This document shows, one piece after another, positions 47,644-59,046 of a stretch of 64,000 bases of DNA. Location: assembly GCF_964204865.1 (NCBI RefSeq), contig NC_135254.1, positions 14,632,001 through 14,696,000 of the forward strand. Reading direction: 5' to 3'. Numbering within the stretch: position 1 is the stretch's first letter; every line of letters starts with the position of its first letter. Made by a program: the position numbers and the translations under genes. The notes under the pieces are model-generated. The model had not been told where the DNA came from and made no database searches. It worked only from the letters and a program-made list of their open reading frames with translations. Source of the DNA: Styela clava (Eukaryota).

Positions 47644-50600
47644 ATGAAGCTGTTACTCGCAATTATTGGACTCGCTATTACAAGCGTCGTCTCCCAAGGT
47701 ATGTTAATGGTTGTTTTTTTCCTTTGGGTCAAATTTCATAATGATTTTCTTGATATATTCAACTAAATATACAAAATTACAGAAATCCTTGAGGTTACAT
47801 GCGGCCAAGATGCCATCGTTGCTCGTTTCAACAAGCAGACCGCCGATGCCGCTGATTACAGCATGTCAGAGCTCCATTTCAACGACCCAGAATGTGGTTT
47901 TGATGAGGAATTAGATGGCTACTTCATAAAAAGAATGTCACCATTGAACGACTGTGGAACGAAAATTGTGGTACGTAAATCATCGTAAAAAATCGAGGAT
48001 TTCTGCACATAAAAATTGTTCGGCCTACAACAATAATTTCAATTTTTTTTTTTCCTGATTTTCCGATTTGTAAATTTTTGTTTATCATTTAATTGAGACA
48101 CATTGAACAATCAGTATTACCCAAATTCAAAATATTTGAATAGACCTTTCCAAGTTTTGCTTTATATCTTATTTTATTCAATTCTATAATCAAATGAAAT
48201 ATTCATGTTTGCAGACTGACTAAAATGCCACCCACGTTTCGTTCAATAATTTACTCGTGTCGAATAAAAACGATTTTTTTCGTGCCAAATTCGTAAAATA
48301 TTCATGGACCAATTTATAAAATGCCAGCAAGTGATGTTAAAAGTTCATCACTTTTGTTGTACTGCGCTACAAATATCTCGTTTTCGTTATATTCTTCCGA
48401 TTTCGTCCGAAAATAATTTATATCTTTAACTCATAATCGTCTACAGATATTTCAAATTAAAGTGTTGCTACGATGCTACCATTGCTTTTAGTTTAATCAC
48501 ATTTCTCTCAGCAGCCATTGTTGTCAACGGGATCTTGTTAAAGTCGAGGGAGGGAGACTGTTTGGTGTAATTTTATTGCCGCTTTTCAAACTTTTGAAGC
48601 GTGTAAAATGTTTACACGAGCAAGCTGACAATTTTTTTCTGTTTGCAAGTGTTCAAAATACAACTCTGATAACGTTTTAAAATCATTATAGTATTCCGAT
48701 AATTTGAAGAGAAAAGGGGTCAATTTTATTCGAAAATCTTCAAATGTGGATATCATTGGGTAATCCTCGATAGTGTAAAAACGATGGACTCAGTAACTGC
48801 CCAGCAAAATAACAGCATATCTCAAACCTGAAGCTAAAGCCGTGTTATGTCCGTCTCTACGTTCTGATTGGAACACGAATGATTGGAAATGGCGTCGATA
48901 ATCGTGCTATTGTGGTGGGAGATCTTATCGTGTCGCAAGCCAGCGAGGCGCTTCTAGTGATAATTAGCAACATTTGAATGCCAAAATCGTAACTTATAAG
49001 CCAATTCGCGCGTCATTGCTCTTTATCGCCATCGTGCGCATTACAATTTCCAAAACCTATATTTCAAATTTCTCTTTAGGCCAACGACACCCACGCCGTT
49101 TTTGTCAACTCCATTTCTTCTGGAGACATTGAGACCGGATTAACCTTCCCTCATGGAATCATCGTTGGTCAACCAGAAAACACAGACCTGATCAGCGTTT
49201 CCTATGAATGCACCTACGAAATTGATTTGAGAGCCAGCGCCGCTTTCATCCCCAATATCACCGTACTGTAAGTAATATTCAGTTGTAATAATAAACCATT
49301 ACCAGTTTTGATAAAATAATTTTTTTTAATTTCTACGCTGCAAAATACCATTTTTCAAGTTTCTCAACGAATTATTTTAGTCTAGCAGACGACCTGTACG
49401 AGTCCTTAAATTTCATTTGTAACACCCCTGCTCTATCTTACTTGACTCTGAAAACTTTTTCGAAAAACAAACAAAAACTCTTGCAAATATTCGGAGCTTT
49501 GGGGATTGCTCAGATCAACCAAAAATGATCGGCTTAATACCGTGGTGTAAACTGTAAATCACTTATGCTGCAATGCTAGGAAGTGCGTAGTTTCACTCCT
49601 ACACACAGTTAAGCAATATGAATGAATTTCAAAAACCATTGACGTAAAAATGCCAATAATGTCTGGTTTTTCAATAATAGCGACTAATGCTTGGCGATGA
49701 ATGTGAACAAACTGAGTTGTAACTGCGGTGAAATATAATAGTTAATAAATGCTACACCAGTTCTGTTTGTTGCATGTGTATTACAATATTTATGCTTGAA
49801 TGCAATATCGTGACGCACCTTATTTCCTCTATCTCGCGACCCTATAAATATTTTCCTATTAACACACAGCTGTATCTAATATATATATATGAAATAGGGC
49901 AGGGTTTTTTACAAAGTGAAATATTTTTATCCGAACTATATCCAGCTAGACTATTCCCCATTACAGGAGGATCGAAATTCCCGACGCAATCGGAACTGGA
50001 GAATTCCAAGTTGCCATGGCCATTTACAGATCAGAAGCTTACAGAGAAATCTTGGAAGGAACTCCCACTCTTCAACCAGATGAGACCGTTTTCGTCGGTA
50101 CGTATTTGCGTGGAGATAGAATTTCAAGATCGTTTTTATTTACAAAATGTGGCCTGGTCTATAAGCGTGGAAGCTAGCATTATGAGGCTGTAACTTTTTT
50201 CCGTTTGGTGATTGGTCAAGTTTCAGCATTTTTTGACAAACAAAATAGTAGTTAAGTTCATAATATACTTACATACGCGCGCACTGATATAAATTGAAGC
50301 AAGCATGAAGCAACTTTTTCGCCTGTTGCGTTATTCTAAAGAAAATTCGTGAAATTGCTGATTGTCTGCCAGTCAGGGATCAGGTGGACTGAATGGTATT
50401 GTGATATGTGTTTAAAGAAGTTGAACAAAATATTCGTATTTTTATGTGTTATCTCGTACGTGCAATACAGTTAACATGTGCTAAATTTGCATGTGGGAAC
50501 ACGATTTTTTTGTTCCATTCAACGTTAAATCCGTGAGAATGACTTTTACATCGTAATATTTCAGTAAATTATCATCAAACAAAACTGACTTCAAAATACA

Positions 50601-52998
50601 ACAAAAATAAACTTGTACACAAACTACTAAATATTTATACTTTGTGTTCTTGGGAACAAGTTATATAATTTGAGTTCCTCCATGTTCTCGGGTATCCGGA
50701 ATAAACAAAATACTCACATTGTAAATATTTTGAATAAAGGAGTCACCTTCATTGGCGAAGACCCAAGCGAGGAATTGTACCTTCTTTTGAGAAGATGTTG
50801 GGCAACCGTATTTGAAGATCCGGAAAGTCTGCCAAGCTACGATCTCATTACTGACTCGTAAGTATTTTCCCTCGCTGCATTCCAGCACGCTAAGCAAACC
50901 GTCGTTTACAGTTTTTGCCTCGGTACCGTTGATGTTTAAGTCATTGCTCTATTTGTTTTTAATTCAAGTACATACATACTATATAATCTTTGCCTAGTGT
51001 ATAACAGGTGTATATGGCAAACAATTATATTAGTTTGTATTTGTGCACTGCGACCAGATTTATCTCAATCAGACCTTCAGTTGAAAAATCAATCATTTTT
51101 ATATTAAAAAAGGCGCCCCCCGACTTATTTTCTTTTCTGTATATAATTGTGTTGATCGTGAATAATTCAATTAACTTCTGATTAGCTCTCGATGCTTTGA
51201 TAAAGCAATTGAACATTTAGAAACTGACTTATTAACAAATTGGCCGATAATCCGTATTATAACTGCTTTGTTAGTCGTTAAATTTTTTGAATAAAGCAAG
51301 AATTTCAAATGAAAAATTTCGATGAAACATGATATATTAACCCGTTCACCCATGGTTAAGACTGTTATCAATCGGATACAAAGAACAGCGTGATTATGAT
51401 TTGACTTACAGGTGTCCAACGGGTTAACAGATTTGTGATAGCCCGAGGGTGGTGACTTAAATTGTGGTCTCGTTTTTTCTGATTAGAAGATTTCTAATAT
51501 TAACCCTCAATACTCCGCGGATAATGAATGTTTTAATCATACCGATATCTCCTACCAAAGCGTTACATTCATGCAACTTTATTTTTTGAATACATATAAA
51601 CACATTAGATAGGAAAGATGTTTCACATTGATTTCCAATAATATTTTAGCGTCCACACAGACTCAGCTTATCATATTATCATATTGTGATCGCAATACAA
51701 CAATATATTTTGAGTCGTCACCAAGTTAACAGAATATTTCAGTTTTATCAAAAACTTAGAATTTGACTTGCTATTTCGGAGCGTCCTATATCATAATTGA
51801 TATATAACGTTGGCAAATTGCACACTGTAATGTGACAAACAATAAATGCTAAATGACGATGACGTGATGGTTGTTAACGAGTTAATGCGTTTCTTGTATT
51901 TTCGAATCAAAATGCGTGACGTTGCCCCGGGCTTTTGAAAAGTTGTGAGTGGTAATTAAAAGTGCGCCTAACTTTGTGATTGTCGGGCTAACAGTCTCCG
52001 CATTCCGATAAGTACGCGATGAGAGAAGGTCCTGTTAACTGGAAGGCTGTGATTGTGTTTACAGATGCGCTGTCGACGGAGCGGTTGAAGACACCGTAAG
52101 AGTTACTCAGAATGGCATAAATCACCAAGCTCTATGGAGAACAGAGGTCTTCAAATTTGTTGGTAATGAAGATGAGTACAATACCGTCTGGCTTCATTGC
52201 GACATCACGATCTGCGTCGAAGGCACCTGTGAACCGGTAAGTTACTTTACCAAACTACATACGTACGTAGTTTCGGAATTTCATGATTTGACAATACATG
52301 TAATACTTTCAGGAATGTGGTGCCCGGCGTAAAAGACGTAGCAGTGGACAATTCATCGACAACAACGAGCACATCGTTACGGCCGGACCAATTAGCAGAT
52401 TCCCAACTGTGCAGATTCACTTTACTGGTGGCAATACAGGAGAGGCTACTGTGATAATCAAGAACGAAACCATTTCGCACGAGAAATCCCGTGGTAAGTA
52501 GAAAAACGTTCGCAGAAAACCATGAGTTTCAGCGATCGGGTTGTTTGTTTCACAATTTTTGACACGTCACACCGCTTCGTATGTAACAGCACCTCCGGCA
52601 ACGCTTCAGCATGTGCTAATCTTTTTGTTGAAGAATTGCAGGTGGTAGGTGTTCATACGACCTGACAACATTCTCCCGTGACTCGATTAGTATTAAGAAT
52701 ATACTCCTCGTTCATCAGTATATATATTTAATCAATGTGGGGGTCTCTTAGCGACAGAACAGTTCCCAGTTGCTCCACTCTTTTATTGTTAAACTTTTCA
52801 ATTTTATTTCTTGAAGGGGAACCCCAAGACGGCATCACCGACCACAACCTTCTCATCATCATCGGAGTGTTCTCAGGTTTCTGCCTGTTGTGTCTCAGCA
52901 TGGCCTTGATGATTGTGATGATGCGCCTCAAAAGGTCAAACGAGCGCTCTGGCGAAGTTACTGCCACCGGCACCATCAACAAAGGCTTCAGCATATAA
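47644..52998 (+). CDS. ZP-domain protein (signal peptide, ZP-N/ZP-C, furin site, TM, short tail), 404 aa
   Basis: Exons 47644-47698, 47783-47970, 49080-49267, 49967-50097, 50740-50857, 52065-52236, 52313-52493, 52817-52998. Signal MKLLLAIIGLAITSVVS; 4+6 Cys; RCWAT, FKFVG, VWLHCDITIC, RRKRR, EHP-like HIVTAGPI, TM LLIIIGVFSGFCLLCLSMALMIVMM. Confidence 0.93.
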
Positions 52999-54392
52999 TT
53001 AGAATGAAGCGTGGTTTATCATGTCAGTTCATCACTCATTTCAAGAAAAAAACTAGCTAATTATGTATATAGTCATCAATTGATATACTTATCATTCAAA
53101 CGATAATATGTATTTGTACCGACAATTGTCGGATATTTCGACTGAATAGCATTCCCTGGACTTTGCTGAATGTGCTTAAAGCTCACAAAAAGTGAAATAG
53201 ATGTCTTGTCATAAAGTCGCGTTTCAGCTTTCGCTGATAATAAAGTATGAGAAGTGATTATGGGTTCGTGGATAATAGTTTGAAGGCTTTTGTTGAACTT
53301 TGTTCAAAAACGTGGTAATGTGGTTTTATGGACACTGCGGCTTTTCTTTGTAGCGCTTCTAACTGTTATAATGCTAAAAATGATTTAATTAATCATGATG
53401 AAACGGTTTTGCAAACAAATGCCTTAATATCTTGAGCATAAGTGATTCGTGGACAGCATTTTTGTCCAACCGTTCCATTAATCTGGCAGCTTTGCCAACT
53501 TTTGCCATTTTGTTGTAACTTGTGTGTAAAACAGTTTTTTGTTTAGTTTGTTTTTGTGTACTGCTTTGCCTTTTCGTTAAATTTTTTTGTACTTGTCTCG
53601 TACATCTCCTTTCCGCCTGAGGATGCACTTCATTACCAGTATGTACTAAAACGAGTGATGCTGAGCATTTACAATAAACTGGTTGAGTAGTAAATGTGAT
53701 TTCACGTGGAACTTTTTTGTGGTGGTTGGGCGTGAGCTGATAGCTATCTTTATGGCGCCTCTAGCTGTTTTGCGCCATGTCAATGTGATCATAAACGTGG
53801 CATTGGCCCCGAGGGCAAGTCGATATGTTCGGGAACAACGTCTACATTCTACACTTATTGAAATGTTTATCGGCTCGAGGAGGCGTGGCTGTTCTCGAGC
53901 GGTCCCCAATCCCGAACTACGCTGCTGCTGCCAGGCCTGCTTCCTCGGCGAAAGACAAATTAGTCGAGATTGCGGAAAGAGGCAAAAGGCGTGCGAAAAT
54001 ACCACCCATACCTATGGCTAAAATCTATCGAACTGTGAGACCATGTCTAACAGACCTCTTCTGTTTAATTATGTTTGTTGGCCTACCCACCCACATAATA
54101 CATATCAGCAGTTTTAGACATGTAAATTCTAAACTTCGTTCTGGGATGATTGTAGTCGGCTGTTTTATGGTGCGTTTCTCCATGCGAAACCTTCACGCTG
54201 CCAAGCAAGATTTCTCTCGTATCGTGCCTTGGATATTTCAACTATTCTCAATTGTTGAAGTTAATTATGTCACAGCTTCGTGGTGAATTCCAAATGTAGG
54301 GCGTTGCTTTGAAAAACTTGAAAGTAATTAACAACGCCCTGTGGCGGTTTAGTCATACCAATGAGAACGCGCCAATAAAGAGCGCACTTACA

Positions 54393-55137
54393 AACAACAG
54401 AGCGATGTTCAAAGCGAAGCAGTAGTCTACCTTACAATTTACAGTACCGATACCGCTGAAAAACTTTGTCTTTCGCGTAGCATGGGAGTAGCACGAGAGA
54501 AGAACCGCTACGAATAGTTTTGATTAAATTTCAATAGGTCATCACATAAAATTTTGAAGTGAAAAACGAATCACATGGATCCTACAAAAAGTTATTAAAA
54601 TAAATAAAATTGATAGCTATTTAGCAATAAATACAATCTTTAACCACTAGCAATTGATCCAGTAGTTAATGAGACAAACGATCCATTGAGCCACTTCGTG
54701 TGACAACCATAATAACAAGAGAGCTACGCACAAATATATGGACACGTTAGACCAGAGCGAATCAGTCCTTAGCGGTACCTTTGACGCTACCGGTACCCTC
54801 AAAAAAGTTCTGAATTTCCAGTAGCAAGAATTTTGCAGAATCAAAACGTACAACCAGTCATGACACTGACTAAAATCCGTGTTCCCATGGATAAAAATAA
54901 TACAGCAAAATTTTAGACGAAATATCAAATTTCATAGAATTCACGCAAAATTTTGAAATAAATAAAAGTAATAGCCTTCTAGCGAAAAAATTAATCTTTA
55001 ACCACTGAAAATTTCAAAGCAATTGGTCCAGTATTCGAAGAGAAAAGCGACTTTTTAAAAACGTGTCAAAGAACAAGAACAACAACAACAACATAATATT
55101 GAAACGATCGTTATGGCCACTAAACGTGTCCAATAAC
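54393..55137 (-). mobile_element. Two head-to-tail HINE-like elements, family C (~54393-54710 and 54711-55137)
   Basis: On the minus strand: 5' subTIR ttattggacacg with adjacent inverted repeat, (GTT)n microsatellite, 3' subTIR cgtgtccata; core duplicated; matches 61715-62140 in opposite orientation. Confidence 0.7.
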
Positions 55138-56664
55138 TAGCTCATGTTGATGATAATGTTGAATGCCGTTATGGGACTAATTTGTGCTATGTGGACGTAC
55201 GTACAGCGGCTCCTGATTCCTGCTTATCTAATGGTGCAAGCTGAAACTTCATACTGTTTGTAGTATATTTACTTCGGCACAAAGTCTTGTTCGAAAAACA
55301 GTGATAACTTCTAGTTTTGTTAGACCCATTTATTGAGACATGATAACAACGCAATAATTAAATAACCAATAATGGCGTCTTTATCGAAGAGATGCTCCCA
55401 TAATCACAAGAAGGTTGGGTAGTTAAAACAATCTTCACGTTGGTGTACTCTGTACACTGTACAGTATACAGCGAATGAAACTAATTAGGCTATTATGATA
55501 CTTTGGCCTAAATAGTACAGGCAGAAAAATGCAGTTACCGGTATACTATTTTCTTTATTATTGTTCACCTGCGTAGCCCTCCTGAGGAAATTTTGCACAA
55601 CAGTTGAATTTCTCATGAAGTTTGATATTGGAAAGAATATCTGTAAAATGGTCCAAAGACTGTTTATGACAAAAAGTCAATTAAACTGGAAGTGGAGAGT
55701 CGCCCCCCCCCCCCTCCCTTCGAAATGTAAAACAAAAATCTGTATCACACATAGCAATATTTTGTAGACTGAACCGCTTTTTAGACCCTCAAGCCTCTTG
55801 AACCCCCCCTCCCCCATCCCCCTCCCTCCCCTTTATAAATTAATGGCTATGCCTCTGGTGCTATAAAAACGTTTTTTGGATTTAAAATAATTTTCAAGAT
55901 AAGACATTTTTGAAAATGGTAGAAAATATTAAAGTTGTTCAATTCATGCTGATATTGACACGCTACAAGAGCAAAACGTTTGTGGTTCTACATTTGCCAA
56001 GTGAGATAGATGTGTGGCCTATCCTATACTATAGGATGAGTGTTCAATTTTTCTGTGGAAAATAAATATAAAGTGCGCATTTGCATGGTTTGAAGTAAGA
56101 AGTGCACGAATTTTAGATTACTGTCATTGGTTTCGCCTTTACTCTTCACCGCATGTTTACCGTATTTCTTTAAATAAAGCTTAATGCAACCCTTTACCGC
56201 CATCTTTCTTTTTTATACAATTCTCAGTGAAATTTTTTTCAACCAGTAAAAAATCAATCGAACACAAAAGTAGGGGGAAAATGAACACACCGCTTCCTCG
56301 AAGAAAGGAAGCCTAACCTGGTTATGGAGAAGCGAAAACCAAGTCCCTAATATATATCTGATTGCATTTTTAAAGGTCGGTAATTTTAGTCTTAGAGTAC
56401 TTTTAATAATATGGGGTGTATGGCTTTGGCCAACCTGTCCACCAGCATTCTTATTAGCATATATAATACAATATTACCATATCAATACAGTTTATTACAG
56501 CATATTTATATTATTCACAAAAGGATTATATCTTATACTCTATTTCAAAACTTTATTCTAGTGGAACTCTGTGCTACAACATTGAGAAAAGTTTTGATTC
56601 CAAGTACAAAAAATTGATATGGATATTTTAACCTTTATTGACAAAAAATCGCCATGGTTATTAT

Positions 56665-57183
56665 CTATGCATTCCTCGGGCAAATTAGAGTCGGAACATG
56701 TGAATGGTGCAGTACATAATCACTAACGGATCCAAGTATCGTTCTCCGAACAAGACCTTGTCCTCGGTTACCAAGCAAAATCATATCCACTCCTCTTTTC
56801 TTTGCTTCGGCAACAATTGGCGCGCCGATACCGTTATTATTCTCTGACAGAAGAACGAATTCGTGTGAAATCCCGTGTTTTTCACACTTTGCATTGTATT
56901 TAGCTTTTATCTCTTTGCTTTTTTTCTTTTCGTTTTCCATGAATTGACTTGCCACTGCTGGTGACGGGTTTATTCCTCCTGGAGGGTCGTATATTGCCCC
57001 AGTGTATGTATAATCTAATGGGTAGACCATATTCGTGACATGAACCAGAAATACCTTGTTTCTTGGTTTATGAATACAAGAAACATAATAATTGAAAGCT
57101 TGGTAGGCATTTTTGCTTCCATCTACACATAACAAAACTTGAAATGCATTTTCCTCTGCTTCTTCTAAAGTCGGTTCGTTCAT
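56665..57183 (-). CDS. Universal stress protein (UspA/USP domain), 172 aa, intronless CDS
   Basis: VLLCVDGS...VFLVHV...IVAEAKKRGVDMILLGNRGQGLVRRTILGSVSDYVLHHSHVPTLIC; complete G-x2-G-x9-G-S ATP-binding signature. Confidence 0.95.
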   Translation of the reverse strand: MNEPTLEEAEENAFQVLLCVDGSKNAYQAFNYYVSCIHKPRNKVFLVHVTNMVYPLDYTYTGAIYDPPGGINPSPAVASQFMENEKKKSKEIKAKYNAKCEKHGISHEFVLLSENNNGIGAPIVAEAKKRGVDMILLGNRGQGLVRRTILGSVSDYVLHHSHVPTLICPRNA

Positions 57184-58759
57184 TTTTCTTCAAATATAAC
57201 AATTCAGAATACTTTTCACTATACTGTTCTAGCAATATTTCAATAAAAAATATTTGAGTAATCTAGTCTGCAGGAAGAGGTTGTTATATTATATTATGAT
57301 GTCCTTATTTTCTAGTATAGGCTATATGATATTTGTACCCCTACATTGCACCCTGGGTTTAATGAGCCAGTACTAGTTTTTCAATTTCTCACTTTCTGTT
57401 TTTTATCGCCAAAACAACTCACGTGTCGGTGTCTTAATTGCTGAATGTTGACAAGTCAACAACTATCGCAACATACCTTATTGATACACTTAAAAAGCTT
57501 GAGTTCTTTTCGGCCCCTTCGACTACAAATGCTACAAAGATACGTACGTATCCCCAATTCAAATCCATAAAACGTGCTCAAGGAAGCCGATGAATGGGGT
57601 TTGTGTGCACTGCGCTTCAAGTAAACATGTCGTACAAATTGTAAGTCCGGTATCTAAACAAGATATATTACTTGCTTCTTTGTTGTTGTGATTAAAACTT
57701 TACAAACATTCCATTCAATTCAAATTTATTCACCTATCATAACTATACTTTTGGGTTTCTGAGCATTTGTATATGTGCCGTATATATGGTATAATTCTAA
57801 GAACTGACAAAGTTTCAAATATCTAGCGAATGCAATTGAGGCCTAAATTGTCGGATTTTCTACAGTTTATCTTTGTGTCCACTTGCGTCGTTATGTTGAC
57901 CGTTTCCTTCTGTCAGAGTATTTTTAGGAGTAGTTAAATAATGTAAAAGTCGATATGCAAAAATAATTGATGAAGTTATAATTGCGAAAATAAATTAATT
58001 CGCGATATGCGCGATGTCTTGGCGTCGTTAGACTGCATTTTTACTCGTTGCATTTGATGATCTTTCTATACCTCAAATTAACTCATGTTTTATGAAGTTT
58101 ACAACAGTAGGACTAGGACTAAACCGTCTCCATTATATATATCCTTCATTAACGCAGAATTTTACTTGCGATGAAAACTGCTTCAAATACAAATAAGATG
58201 TACTGCAGATTTTCAATTTGTAGTTCGTTTTATAGCATGCTTGTTTGTTTTCCGAAGAAAAGGAAAATAATAGGAAAAAAGTGAAATATATTAGGAAAAC
58301 AACACCCTAAATTAACGGTGACAAAACGCCCATTTCAAAAAGCCAATCGGCATGCAATTTGTAAACAGTATTTTTGTTTTCAATTGGTACATATAGCCCG
58401 GGGAAATAATAATCAAATCAGGCTGAAATGCCAATTTCAAGAGATCTTTTTAGATCAATATATTTTCAGAATTAATTGATATATACTAGTTCATGTGTGG
58501 GAGCATGTCTACTTCAGTATATATATACATAATAATCAAAATCATATTGAAATGTTGTCACCTCAAACTTCATGGCGTTGTGCGGTTGGTCACGTACGCC
58601 GATAAAATAGGCATAAAACTACATTGCTAACTTGAAGTTATCATATTAAAATCTTGGATCAACAAGTTTCCAACATTGATTGATATATATATGTACTAGT
58701 TGATGGGTGAGAGCATTTCTACTTCAGTATAATATACTTTCTATATCGGTGTTAAACTG

Positions 58760-58947
58760 CATCCATGGGCAAAGTACGGCCCGCGGGCCAAATTCAGTTC
58801 TGGCACGAGGACTATTGTTTTCCACTGTTGCTTTTGTAACCTGTATATATGTCATAAAATGTACCTTTTTACGTAATACTTACATTGCCCGCGAGTCTAA
58901 GTGGGAAACTTTTTTGGCCCCTGGTCTAAAAATCTTGCCCACCCATG
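58760..58947. mobile_element. hAT MITE with ggcccgcgggcc subterminal motifs
   Basis: Termini catccatgggcaa / ttgcccacccatg; TSD not recognisable. Confidence 0.55.
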
Positions 58948-59046
58948 TGTTTGTGTTGATATGTGCGATTGACGGATACCTTGATACGCTGGTTAGCGAG
59001 TGGGTGGGTAAGAGATCTGGTTTTAAAATTGAGCCTTGCTCATAAG

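Noticed and set aside
180-52998. Non-canonical or U12 introns
   Set aside because: All introns in the three gene models are GT-AG, and none has the RTATCCTT U12 donor.
53860-53960. HDV-like ribozyme (gcctcctcg on minus, ggcgaa on plus)
   Set aside because: The motifs lie on opposite strands and P3/P1/P2 pairings cannot be built.
56665-57183. Bacterial contamination or recent HGT of the USP gene
   Set aside because: Composition matches the host, flanks carry host transposons, and USPs are known in several invertebrate phyla; only a phylogeny could reopen this.
58480-58735. ~45-bp imperfect direct repeat as LTRs
   Set aside because: Too short, no TG...CA ends or TSD; likely a local duplication.
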